From Dudresnaya verticillata (Eukaryota), in contig OZ374560.1 of NCBI GenBank assembly GCA_977862235.1, positions 1,240,001-1,304,000 on the forward strand: DNA of 64,000 bases, written 5' to 3'. Below the pieces are notes generated by a model that ran no database searches, was not told the origin of the DNA, and saw only the letters and a list, made by a program, of their open reading frames with translations. The translations under genes and the position numbers were made by a program. Shown here one piece after another: positions 52,555 to 64,000 of this stretch (its first letter is position 1; each line of letters starts with the position of its first letter).

Positions 52555-53237
52555 AATACAGATTTCCGGGTTTTCAGAATCTGTGTTCCGAATCAGTCTG
52601 AAAAAATGTTAATGGAATAAATATTTATATATCGCGTTAGACTGGGGAGAGGGAGCTGAGAAGAATGGTGTAATCTGTTTTGCGATAGCACGCGCGGTTG
52701 CGGAGTTACAGCTTGCCGCATATACGGGTAAATGTCCCCGAAACTTTCGTGAAAGTTTCGAAACTTTCGGAATTTCCGAATTAAAATTTACCCAGAAATT
52801 GCACTGCCGCCTGCTGCCCTCCCGGGCGCGCCTGGCAGCGCACCGACGCTCGTGCTTCAGCACGCTTGGCCCCGCCCGCCGCATCCCCGGCCCGCCCTGA
52901 GCTGTGTTCAAGGGCGCAGTGTCACCCCGCACGACTGGTACTGCTTGGCCGGCAGGGTGAATCTGGAGGGTAAACAATTCATGCGAGGCGCTCGAATACT
53001 CACGTGCTGGTACCAGTACCACCCCTTCCCGCACGTGCGCATCATTCCACTCCGGATCCTGGGCCAGAGCGGCTCACCTCGCGCAACAGCTCCACCTCCA
53101 TCGCGCGTGCCCCGCACCTCCTCTACCGCCATCGCGCGTGCGCCACACCATCTCTACCGTCATCGCGATCTCACATCAAACTGCGCATGAGGTTCGCCAC
53201 GCCTCGCCCCTGCCGCCCTCCCCATCACCTCGCACCC
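52555..53237 (+). repeat. Element B left TIR (about 0.6-0.7 kb, diverged internally)
   Basis: Reverse complement of about 59580-60168. Confidence 0.85.
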
Positions 53238-56039
53238 GTAAGAACAGGCGACTCTTGCATCCACAACACGCCCTGCACTGCGCCCCCAGCCGCGGAGTCT
53301 CGCGCTGCGCATACCGTCGCAGATGAGCCGAACAGCGAGGGAGACCTGTCCCCACCGCCGGGTGGCGCGTCCTCAGCGGATGAGGCCCCCGAAACACAAG
53401 AAGAAGACGACGACCAGATGACGATGGCGATGGACTGCAGAGATTTGTTTCCAATTTTGTTGCGTAGCGCGACTCCATGGTCCAGGTCTGTTCAGACCTG
53501 CACGGGAAGTCCTTAGAAGAGCTGCAGAGTGACTTCTATGCTGCCACTGAATCCACATCCGCGTCGTATACCTTCTTTGCCAACGATGCTCGCTCGTGCG
53601 AACCCCTCCCGCGCGACCTCCCAGACTACGCTATCATTTCCACCCTTAAATTGTAGGATTCCCTGGCAAAGCAGAACTCTGCATCTTGGCTTTTAACATG
53701 ATGGACCGCACTGGTGCTGGCTACGTCATACGGGATGATTTTGTGCGTTACGCCGCGTTTATCTGACCAGTTGCGGATGCCGCGGTTGCAGGGCTTGTGT
53801 TTGATGAGCTTGTGCCATAGCTAGCAGAGTGTGCTGCAGAAGAAGAGGCGCCATTAGACTTGCAGGAATCCAAACAGAAAGGCCCTCACTTTGAGATGGT
53901 TGCGTAACTGGAACTTGCGAGAAGTTAACGAGGAAGCGCAGCCAAGCCGTTGCAGAGGGCTTACATCGACTACGACCTTTTCCATGCATGGTCAGTGCCA
54001 ATAGTGATGCTGCATCACTTGTATGTCAAGATGCGGGCTGTGACATCGACAGCTTTCCCGTTGCTACAATGGTGACTTCTCGGTCAGCAGCCTGGCAGAC
54101 AACGGGGCTCCCCCGTATGACCTTTATCCACCAGCTGTTGCGCTGCGCTATAAGATCTGACGCACATTCTTTCTCGCTGTTCAAGACAACTGCCACTAAC
54201 AAGAAGATGACTGGCTCAACTTACAACAGCGGCTGGGTATCGACCCGGGTGAAAGTCTGGTCAATTAGCAAGATGCGTTGGATCTCAGTGCTTTGTTTCA
54301 TACCTTGGGAAAGCTGTACCTTAGCCAGAGGTATCATATTCTATGTCCAGCTGTTGGCAGGAATCGTTAGTTTGTGAGGTCTGCGGCTGTCGCAGCTGTG
54401 TCCACGACAGACAGAGATATCTTTCATGATGCGTGACTGCTTGATTGCAATACGTCTACTTTCTGAGAGGGAGGTAGCCGTTGATGGGTTATCTGAAGGA
54501 AGAGAACGCGAAAGCTGGCTCAACATATGGAAATGGTCGGCAAGGGCGTAAAGCAGATACCGGGTAAGACCCAACCCTATCGCAACATGTGTGTAAGCTT
54601 ATGCGGCAATTCACATCGAGGCAGAAGCACCATTTGTGCTGCTGTGTTCAAGTCAGAGAGAAGTATAATTGCAACATTTGGGTTCATCTTACGGGGTAAA
54701 TCGTAGCAGCCCACAAACTTCACCTTCATTTGGGCTTTGGTGTCTTGCGTCAACTAATGCCCTCGTTATATCCACAGCAGACTCAAGTGTCTGAGCTTAG
54801 CGCCGGTTCCGATACTGCAGCCGAAACCGACAAGGTTGGTCGAGAAACATCAGAGATTCGCTTGCTTAACTACGCGCGTGACACGGACCCATTTCGGAAC
54901 GAACCATGTCCACCACTTCTGGCAGTCGCGGCACATTCTAATATTGCCCGCTGCCCATCTTTGAGGAGGGTAACAAGGAAACGGGTATGAACTTGCTGCT
55001 CTTCTCGCATGCCGAGCGGTGCGACCAGAAATGAGAGTAAAGAAGAGTTGAGCATAATAATCGTTCGCTTCACTAGTTTCCTACGCCATAGCGCAATATC
55101 GTCAGCCATAATCACATGCTACTCCTCGCAGGAGAGCATGTACTGCCACTGACAGCACTATCCCGGTAGAAGTTCACAGCGCAAAAGATGCATCATCGCT
55201 CGGTCCCATTTCCGCAGCAACTTCTCTTTCACACTGTCGGATCTGCAGAGTTCCATCGAATTGTAGCTCTTGCAGAGCATGGGATGAATGTCCAGCGGCA
55301 TGGAAGATCTGCAAACAAGCATCTAGAGGAATGATGCATCCACGGCCCCGGTAGAGTAGTAGTAGCGAGGCGGGTCGGGTCACAGCACTGTGAGAATATA
55401 GAGAGCTTCGATTTGCAGGTAGGTGCACTCAAGCAATACACTTGCGTCTCATCGCGGGACGAGTGCCCGCAGTTCCGAGATTACTGCAATCGCGTGAAAA
55501 CTTATCCAATATTATGGAGAATGACCAACAGCTTTTCGGAAAGCCGCACGTAAATTTCTATTAAACAGCACATACACTGTACGATATCTGAAAACCTATG
55601 ATAGGTTTTCCGAAACATGAGTGCTCATGTGCTGTTTAATAGCTTTTTGAATCTCACTGGTTGAAAAGCTGTTATAGGTTTTGCGATTGCCTCGGGCCAA
55701 ACACCTTTTTGATAGAAACTACGTTTGCTCGACCCCAGGACCTATTCCATATTATGGAGAATGCAAGATAGATTTTCAGGTCGTGCGGCATAACTCTCCA
55801 GGATTTTTCCACGAGATTTATCGCTGATTCCCTTCTCAGACTTTTCTTTGGGAACACCTGGGTCCCTCCACCCGTCCGGTTGCCGGCCAGCGCCCTCTCA
55901 AACGCAATCGCAACCGAACCGCCGCGTTTCGCTACAACCCCCTCCCGTCCGCCCCCCGCGACTGGCGCCGGTCGCGCACCACCGCACCCCACCGACCCGC
56001 ACAACTACTGTGCTTCCCGTCGCACTGCCGCACCACGCC

Positions 56040-56490
56040 CCCGAAGCTACATTGGGGCCTTTTTATGCGTTGCGTGCAGTCCAGATGGAAAGCATATCGC
56101 CACGAGCGGTGAAGATGGTCTGGTTTCGATCTGGTGCCCTTCAGAGGAGCGGCTGGTTGCGTGGTTAGAGAAGCATACGTCTTGGTTCAGTGCAGTGGCG
56201 TGGGACTCATCTCTAAGTGCACCCGACCGGTATCGCATCGGCAGCGCAGGGCAAGATGCGAAGCGGTTGCTGTGAGATTTTGCGTTGGATGTGTTGTATC
56301 ACATATCTCCGCAATCAAGACTTGGCACTGGTGTGGTAGGGTTGTGTAGCTACGTACGTGATGTGAACAACGCGCCCAGCGCTGCGACCTCCTCTGGCAG
56401 CAGTACGAATGGTCCTGTTGGGAATGGCTCGGCGTCTGGGCAGCGAACAGTGGAGCGCAAGGCGAGCAATCTTTCTCGGCTGCGTGGAAA
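56040..56490 (+). pseudogene. Captured WD40 fragment (WDR20/DMWD/CreC-like)
   Basis: SYIGAFLCVACSPDGKHIATSGEDGLVSIW...HTSWFSAVAWD...YRIGSAGQD..LL*DF. Confidence 0.75.
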
Positions 56491-56491
56491 T

Positions 56492-57492
56492 AGCGAGTTC
56501 TATCAGTGCGACTTTGACATCGCTGACAAATACCCCTCCATGGTCCCGGATGTAGACGTGCTCGTTGTGATGATACAGATGTTCGACAAACTTGCTAGTC
56601 AGGGCAAGTTCCACGCAAAGCTTCTCTAGAGCATCAGGAGCTACAACATCAAGGTCAGCAACATGGTCATCATGGATGTCATCTTCCGTGTGTGTGGCCT
56701 ACCGGACGAAAAGCTTCGGACCATCTGCTCTGCGGTCGACAAGCTTGACAAAGAGAGCTAGGAGAATGTCAAGGAGATGGTTGTGGATAAGGGACTGGAT
56801 GAAGCCGCCGCCGACAAGATCGAAAAGTTTGTTATGATGAACGGCGACCCCTTGGAAATCTTAACGAAGTTGCGCGAACAAGAGGAATTGGCAGAGGTCT
56901 TTGGCGAAGCTCTTGATGTAATGGAGAAGCTTTTTAACTTGGTGGCATTCATGCGCGAGGGGCAACCGCAGTGGCTTTCGTTTGATCTCCCGCTCGCTCG
57001 TGGGCTCGACTAATACAATCGTGTCATTTTCGAGGCGGTCTTGGTCGACAAGAAAACGAGCTTGGGCTCCATTGGCGCTGGGAGTCGCTATGACAATTTG
57101 GTGGGCATGTTTCGTAATCAAGTATACCATGTGTTGGGTGCTCTCTAGGTATTGACAGAATAGTGAATATGGTGGTCCAGGTTGCGCAGAAACAGGCGGC
57201 AGCGGAGTCGGTTGACGGGAAGGGAAAGGTGCGCGACGACGATAGATGTGCTTGTTGTGACGGTCGGAAAAGGAACTATGAAGCCCAGACTGCGGCCTTC
57301 CACAGAAAGCTGGCGCGCCGGGTTTCTATTGAGTTTTGCTTCTATGAGAATGGACAATGGGAAAGCAGGTGACACAGGCCATTACTCAAGGCATTAAACT
57401 CATGGTGATTATCGGAGAGGACGAGATTGCAAAAGGTGTAGCAAAACTTGAAGTGCTGGCGACAAAGGCCGAGCAGACCATCCCAAGGGGAA
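56492..57492 (+). pseudogene. HARS: Captured, decayed cytosolic histidyl-tRNA synthetase fragment (central and C-terminal part)
   Basis: [51 protein letters not shown] and VIIGEDEI. Stops and frameshifts present; N-terminus absent. Confidence 0.88.
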
Positions 57493-59144
57493 TACGGCCC
57501 TGTGTTAGCGCCCTTTTCGAGAGGAGTGATCATCGTTCATGGTCGTCGTCGATGCTCTTTGAATGGACGGCATCCCGAATTGCTGTTCAACGCGAGATTT
57601 GTCTTCTTCGTGGGCCCAGTTCGTTTCTGACTCACCATGTCCGATGTTTGTGGTCAAACAAGATCAGCGATGTTGAACCCACAAGCCAAGCAAGCCCGGA
57701 GGAAGTGCGTTGGTGTGAGATATATGTAAGTTGCAGTATTGACTTGAAGTTGTCGAATTTCTGGTGGACTCACCTTAGTCACCTTAACCTAGGAAAAACA
57801 GTTCAATCACTCTCCAACCCATGCGCTGAGCTATCTTATTTGCTCAGGTCGCGATTGGGTCGGCTTTGCAGGTGTTCGAAGTGTCCACGCTAGGACAGCC
57901 GTATGAAAATATCAAAACAGCAATGGCAGCTCACCGAACAGGTAACCTTAGAGGTTCCTTGCGCCGCTTAGACTCGTCTTGAGGAAGCTCTGCATTTTGG
58001 CAAGGGCTCATGCCGTGGGCCTGCATAGAGGCGGTAACGAAGGGAAGAATGCCTATCTTTGCGCAGCATGAGATAAAGAATCTCAAACAATAGGTGGGGA
58101 TGGGACGTTTGCGTCTAGTGCCATCGGCGGAATGGGTAGTGGCGTGTGCCAAGGCTACTACAAAATGGGGTTCTGTACGTTCATGACGACAGTTCAAGTA
58201 ACAAGAACAAAAGGCGTTGGCGGTGGTCAGAAGAGCTGCATAGCTGTGGCTAGTGACATCTTGCCAAGGGAAGGAATCTTAGGGATTTACAAAGGCGTAC
58301 GCCATTGACGTCAATGCTGTCGCGTTGCGGCAAGCAACGAATTGGGGATCTCACTTTCGGTTCTGCAGAGTTGTTGAGTCCATCATCTACAGGAAGGATG
58401 GCGCCTTTTGATAGTGTCGTAAGGTATCATACTTTTCAATCACTGGCAGACTCACCTCTGGGCTCGTGCAACACAATTCGAGAGAGACTTTTCTCAGCCT
58501 CATTGCACTCTTGCAACTCCCGTGGCGTGTCGGGAAAGCTCCGAGTACGGGAATCTGCAGTTAGATGAACGGAGCACCGGCTTTGGCGAGCAGAGCGAGG
58601 CGGACGCGGTGAGCTTACAAACCTTCGTTCTACAAAACCAGGCGCGGGGTCGCAAAGGAATGGGAAGAAGACGTCACCGTTGATTGCGTACTTGTGGAGT
58701 TCGAGTCGCTCACCAGGAATGGCAGGCTACCAGTTTCTGTACAGAAGAAGTTGCGCGAGTCCCTTCACAAACAGTAGCGCCCGCGGCCATCTGTAGAGCA
58801 AGGAATAGATGTAAGTTTACTGAGTCAGAATGGGAAGTATAGAGTGAAGGTGATTAGGTTAATGTGTTTGAGAGCTGCTATGAAACTGGTTTGTTTTCCT
58901 GTTCGTCCAGGACTACCACTTTCTATACTTGAGCAGAAGTGCTAGGACGCGAAATTGGTACTGTGCGAGTGCTGTGCGTTCCTTGCCTTGCAATGTAAAT
59001 AGCGGGGTTTGTTTGGTCAGCGTTGCAAAAGCGTTTGAGGCAAGGCACACCGGAAGCCATTTGAAGTTAGAGCGGTTGATGTCGTGGTCCAGCACGTGAT
59101 GAAGTTTCAGCACTTCAGCAGTTGGCGTCGACGGAAATGAAAAC

Positions 59145-59345
59145 ACGCGAAATTGTTGTTGCGCAAGTGATTGTTATTTGCCTTGCAATGGCAATACGAG
59201 GGCAATGATAACACACAAAATTGTTGTTGTGCGAGTGATTCTTATTTGCCTTGCATTAGCAACACGGGGGTAATGATAACTCGCGAAATTGTTTTCGTGC
59301 GAGTGGATTGCGTTATTTGGCTTGCAATGGCAATAGCGGGGGGTG
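59145..59345. repeat. 68-bp tandem repeat x3 (a related copy lies at about 58950-59015)
   Basis: AAATTGTT..GTGCGAGTG...TTATTTGCCTTGCA recurs at 59150, 59218 and 59286. Confidence 0.8.
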
Positions 59346-59579
59346 TTTGCGAAGCGATGTAAACGCAATTGACGCAAAGCGCACCGGGAGCCATGCGCAG
59401 GTAGAGCGGTTGGTGTCACTCTGCAGTACCTGATGTAGTTTCAGCACTTGAGCAGGACCTGCTCAATTTTTCCCCAGTCGCACAACACTTACCACCGCGG
59501 CGGGGCATGTCGTAGATGTGAAGTCTACGACTTCACGCGCACTTTGACATGCCTGCGCGGTGCGGTAGAGTAGGTGCGC

Positions 59580-60168
59580 GAGGTGCGCGGCTTGATGGGG
59601 AGGGCGGCAGGGACGGGTGTAGACAGCGGGGTGTGGTGAGCTTGCAGTCTGATATGGCAAGCGAGACGGCGGTAGAGGTGGTGCGGCACAGGCGCCGCAC
59701 TGGACCCGGAGTGGAATGATGGCCACGAGACGGAGGGGTGATACTGGTGAGCCAGGGTAAATCTGGGCCAAGCAGTGCAAGTCGTGTGGGGCGACACTGC
59801 GCCCTTGGTCCCTGCCCAGGGCAGGCCGGGGGTGAGGCGAGCGGGGCCAGACATGCCGGAGCACGGGCGCAGGCGCCCGTGCGCGCCCAGGCGCCACCCC
59901 GAGGGGCTGCAGGGGGCAGCGCAATTTCTGGCTAAATTTTAATCCAGAAATTCCGAAACTTTCCAAACTTTCGCGAAAGTTTCGGGACATTTCACCCCTA
60001 TATGCAGCACGCCATAACTCCGCAACCGTACATGCTATCCCCAAACCGATTCCACCATTATTCTCAGCTCTCTCTTCCCAATCCAACGCGATATAGAAAT
60101 CGTCATTCCACGAACATTTTTTCAGACTGATTCGCGACACAGATTCTGAAAACCCGGAAATCTGTGTT
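59580..60168 (-). repeat. Element B right TIR
   Basis: Reverse complement of 52555-53237. Confidence 0.85.
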
Positions 60169-60172
60169 GTTT

Positions 60173-60930
60173 CTGGGGGCTGTATCTGGAGTTATATACA
60201 CCATACAGCATGGGCAGGTTACAGAAACCTTTTAGAGAAGGTTCCGATAACATGGCCGTATGACGAGGAGAGAAAGGTTATGCATAGGCTAATTAAGGTA
60301 TTCCCGAACGCAGTGATGTTTGTTGATGGAATACGCCAACCAATCTTTTGATCTGGCGACGAGGACACCCAGAATGATCAATACTTCGGCAAAGAAAAAG
60401 CACACTGCTATGAAGCGCTAATTTATGTACATGTGTACGGATTGATAGGGCGTGGCGAGATTTCGTACTCTTAACGGATGCATGACACAGCGTTGTTCCA
60501 GCGCAGTGAAATTTGCAAGATGTTTGTAAGGAAAGGAGAATTCTTTACAGAGGGGAGCAAATGATATGCGACGCTGGTTTTGTGGGTGCAGGAGACCCTG
60601 CATGGATAGTTGTACCATTTAAACGCAATTTTGGTTTGTTTTTCGAGCTGCGAAAGCAGTGGAAAAAGACGTGAGGCCGAGATTTCGCAATGCGAGGCCA
60701 ATAGGATACATTAAGAACCGGAACCGAACATTTATGGGGAAGTGGCCATACAGCCAGGATATGTTTACGGTACCCTTTAACGTCACAGTACTGATTATGA
60801 ACTGGAAACTACGTCGATCGACGCAACAGCTTGTCTCGCTTAACACAATGATGAAAAGACTCTCTCGTGTGGAGAGGCTAATGTTTGCACAAGGTGAATC
60901 ACGACTTGGGGCACTTCTTCACATTTAAAT
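60173..60930 (+). pseudogene. C-terminal part of the second Harbinger-like transposase
   Basis: SGGCIWSYI...ITWP...FPNAVMFVDG...QYFGKEKAHC...MHDTALF...IGYIKNR. Confidence 0.7.
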
Positions 60931-62279
60931 CCTATATGGGAAGCGTTTCAATCAGACAACTCCATAGGCACGGTTTGGGGGTTCTCATCTTGGGTACTAT
61001 CCTTGGCAGTATCATTTTCAGGTACAGCATTACCTTCACCCTCTGTGCACACCCTCTTCGGAGTTAGATGGTTCGTCTACGTCATCGTCTATCAAAGTCA
61101 ATAGCGAAGGTTTCGGGGGATCAGGAACACAATTGGGTGCTTGTGTTGGACCGCCCAAGCTTTGTTGCACTTCCACGCTATTGAGCCCACTTTAGCGTCC
61201 GAAGATCTGAATCAATACTGACAGGAGCTGACCTTGTTGTCTGCCGTCATCTACCGTAGCTATCAGAAGCTTTCCCGGCCCGTATTCAGCAAGTCGAAGT
61301 CTATTCTCGTTTTCTGCCTCTCTACGCTGTAGCTTCCGCTTTCTTTCTGAATATACCTTTTGGCTATTAACTCGGCGGTCTCGCCTTCCGTTTCGAGAGA
61401 TCTCTGCAGATTCTTGCGTTTTGTTCACGCCTTCGGAGCTGGTAGCAATCCTTGACTGCTCGCCTTCAACAATTTCCTCGGTCACCTTCAGCATTTCTAA
61501 ATCGAGCAACTCGTCCTTCGACAGGGATGATTTTAGATCTTCTTAGGTAAACTCCGTTTTCCATGTCGATGATAGTTGTTGTCGTTTGGCCTCAAACGTT
61601 TTGCGCTTCTCAACGATAAACCTAGGCATGTTCTTAATTAGAGTCCGAACATATTTTACATTGAGACCGGCCCGAGTCTGTGACCGAAGAGATGCGTTAA
61701 GGGATGATTGTGCTTGAGATGTCAACTCAGCAATTTTCCGCTCTTGTTGGTTCTTCGGCATCTCCCAGTAGTTGGATGACAGAAGGGCCTTTTAGACGTA
61801 AAGGCGATCCTCCCCATTAGGGCTAAACCGTGACCTTACACTGCGAGATATATGCACTGGTTGTTGTGAAGGTCCTACTGGACGTGGTGTAGCACGATCT
61901 TCACTTCTACTGAGCTGCGCAGCACGCATTGCCCCGCCTTCGCGAAAAGTAGGGAGTGTGGTTTCCTCCATGCCCAAGTTGGGGCTGGGCATATAGCGCA
62001 AATATCAGGTGTGATGTGTACCACAGGTTGCTGAAAGTGCGTTTGCTCCGCCTCGACGATAGAACTGGTATGAAGGAGTGTGAGAAACGACGAGGGTTGT
62101 TGGTACGACGGCAGCTTGGATACCAATGAGCCATTCATCGAGATTAATTGTTGGCGTTGTGGATCCAGATCCTTTCAGCCCATTCTGAGAGGGACCGGTA
62201 GATCTGTGCTCTGCATTATTATTGCAAAGACCAGGGAGTGAAGAATTGAATGTTCTGCCAAGCCGATTTCGTTCGACAG

Positions 62280-63260
62280 TAATAATAGAGTCCTATCCGG
62301 CCAAATTAAATATCTTCATTGAGACACCAGCAGTACCAGAAGGCACAGACCCGAATTCAGAACCAGAGGCAGATGCTTGTACTGAGGAGGGTAAGACAGG
62401 GGGTGTTGGTGGTAGCAGGTATACTGCAACTGCCCCCGCCGCATCTGAATCAACACTGCAGTCAGATCGACTGAATATTGGAAAGGCAGGCGACGAAAAC
62501 GGAGGTGTCGCGCGAATCGACTACCTGGAGCAAAGGAAAATCACATGTCTGCAGATGATGTGGCAGAGATACGACTCCTCCGTCCGCAATGAAGGAAGCA
62601 CGTCGTTCGACCTTTTGAATACGGACCCCCTATGGTACCAAGAGGTCAGAATCAGGCACAGGCAAGAACTATGACAACTTTCTCAGCGATGAGGAGATCA
62701 AGGCCCTTGTCGGGTTCGCCAGAATGGTTGTTGTTCCAGGGGGTGGGTTGTTATCTTTACGTCTTTTCTACTGTTTCCAACGTTTCATGAGGCATTTTGA
62801 AGTATCAATTCACGTGCCCTGCGTACCCGTACGTCGTCATGAAAGATACAAAGTCAATGAAAGCACACGGTGGGAACAGGATGCCTCAAAATTCCATGGA
62901 AATTGCTGTCTTTGCGAGAGCGCTAGCGGAGCATCCGCAGGGGTTCAAACCGGACCTGTCTGGTAGCTACAACCAGATAACATCATCGGAAAGCCGTCGT
63001 TTCGCTGGCATTTGCCGAGTCCCTGTACCGAAAGACAAACTGCACAAGCCCTCTACAAAGTCCCCAGTCCTCGTGGAGGAGAAGAACCCAAACTCAATAT
63101 CTGAGATGATGGAAACATTCTACGGGAAGAAGGGTCCGTCCTTGGTACTTACAAGGGTACCATGACGACAGCAATTGCAGCGCTACGGACCGGGCGTTCA
63201 TGTACATCAATAGAACAGAATCCTGAAACTTTCCGGCTAGCCCATCAACGACCCATTAGA
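62280..63260 (+). pseudogene. Second copy of the linker + N4/N6 DNA methyltransferase domain, with complete C-terminus
   Basis: IDYL...WQRYD...FDLLNTDP(P)YGTK...PGGWVVIFTSF...EEKNP..ISEMMETF, then after a frameshift EGSVLGTYKGTMTTAIAALRTGRSCTSIEQNPETFRLAHQR. This is the classic VLDPF.GSGTT..AA...GR....IE tail. Confidence 0.85.
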
Positions 63261-63669
63261 GATATTACAGAGCAGATTTCAGAAATGTTGTGAGACAAAG
63301 TTCTGATACACGTCGCAACTTGTAATACGTATTTGTGAAGTCGCAAATATCTCGTGACACCCTAGGCAGAATTGTAAGTTGTTAGTGAAGCCGCAGGAGA
63401 AAAGTCCGAGGGTGCAGAAAACGCGCGAAGATGGTCTTGGCCCCGTGCGCTTTAACGTTTCTTGCAACATGGGTGATCTCTCTACCGCGCCTACGCCAGC
63501 CCACCCCGCCCAACCAAGCCTTTCCCCTATGCATTCCCCTCCCCATTCCAGACACCACATCCCTTCCCCCGACGCCTACCCCTCCCCCCTTCTAGCTCCC
63601 GCATCCCTTACAAAAGCGGAGCAAGCAGCGTTCGCGACCGGCAGTCGCCCCAGCCGAGCAGATCAGAAG

Positions 63670-64000
63670 CTCGGCCGCCGTTCCCGCTTCTCCAGTGATG
63701 ACAACCTCGTCATAATTCGCGAGGTCGCCGCTGCAAAAGCGCATATAGCGCGGAACTTCGAGACGTGAGAGCGGTTCGAGATAGCTGTCTCGGAGGTCAA
63801 CGCCACCAAGCAACTGCGTGACGCTGTTACTTAGAAAGCGGTACAAGACCGCTACAAGCGTTTACAAGAGCGGTTTGACCGCTACCATCGTATGGAGAGT
63901 CACATGAGCAGGGTTGGGGCGACATTGGGGAGGCAGAAGAGCTTCTCAGCGCAATGCGCGAGGCGCGGAAGGACTTAGAGAAGTCCCGCAACGCCAAACG
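63670..64000 (+). pseudogene. Myb/SANT-like (trihelix) DNA-binding domain, Harbinger ORF2-like, runs off the right edge
   Basis: RSRFSSDDNLVIIREV...ERFEIAVSEVN...T*KAVQDRYKRL. Confidence 0.6.

Larger units (their letters stand above)
52555..60168. mobile_element. Element B: 7.6-kb non-autonomous long-TIR DNA element with 4-bp TSD and captured host fragments
   Basis: Starts AATACAGATTTCCGGGTTTTCAGAATCTGTG and ends CACAGATTCTGAAAACCCGGAAATCTGTGTT. GTTT on both flanks (52551-52554 and 60169-60172). Excision restores the reading frame of the interrupted transposase. Confidence 0.9.

Noticed and set aside
56492..57492. Functional histidyl-tRNA synthetase gene
   Set aside because: The N-terminus is missing, there are in-frame stops and frameshifts, and it lies inside a TIR element.
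59145..59345. CRISPR-like array
   Set aside because: The units are contiguous 68-bp degenerate tandem repeats without unique spacers, and there are no cas genes.
61192..62140. Second ORF of the interrupted Harbinger element
   Set aside because: Position and orientation fit, but no recognisable domain motif was found, so it is not listed as a feature.

Overview
This is a eukaryotic, intron-poor window made almost entirely of transposable elements. The style of the Gypsy elements and gene fragments suggests a red alga, but that is inference. No intact host gene, RNA gene or CRISPR array is visible. The main contents are: (1) a minus-strand Ty3/Gypsy element at the left edge; (2) a full-length chromodomain-bearing Gypsy element (LTRs 9912-10705 and 34080-34861) with an extra antisense ORF; (3) several solo or partial LTRs; (4) two PIF/Harbinger-type remnants and a Ulp1-like protease ORF. 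Two features stand out. First, there are two large DNA elements with related, several-hundred-bp terminal inverted repeats (5'-AAYAC...GTGTT-3') and exact 4-bp target-site duplications: element A at 12754-25028 (TSD CGGG) and element B at 52555-60168 (TSD GTTT). Both carry host-gene fragments (ABCB transporter, probable DNA pol alpha N-terminus, WDR20-like WD40, histidyl-tRNA synthetase). Second, a prokaryote/phage-like ParB/Srx(DGQHR) plus N4/N6 DNA amino-methyltransferase fusion gene is present as at least two diverged, decayed copies. One copy sits next to a Sola-like DDD transposase inside element A.
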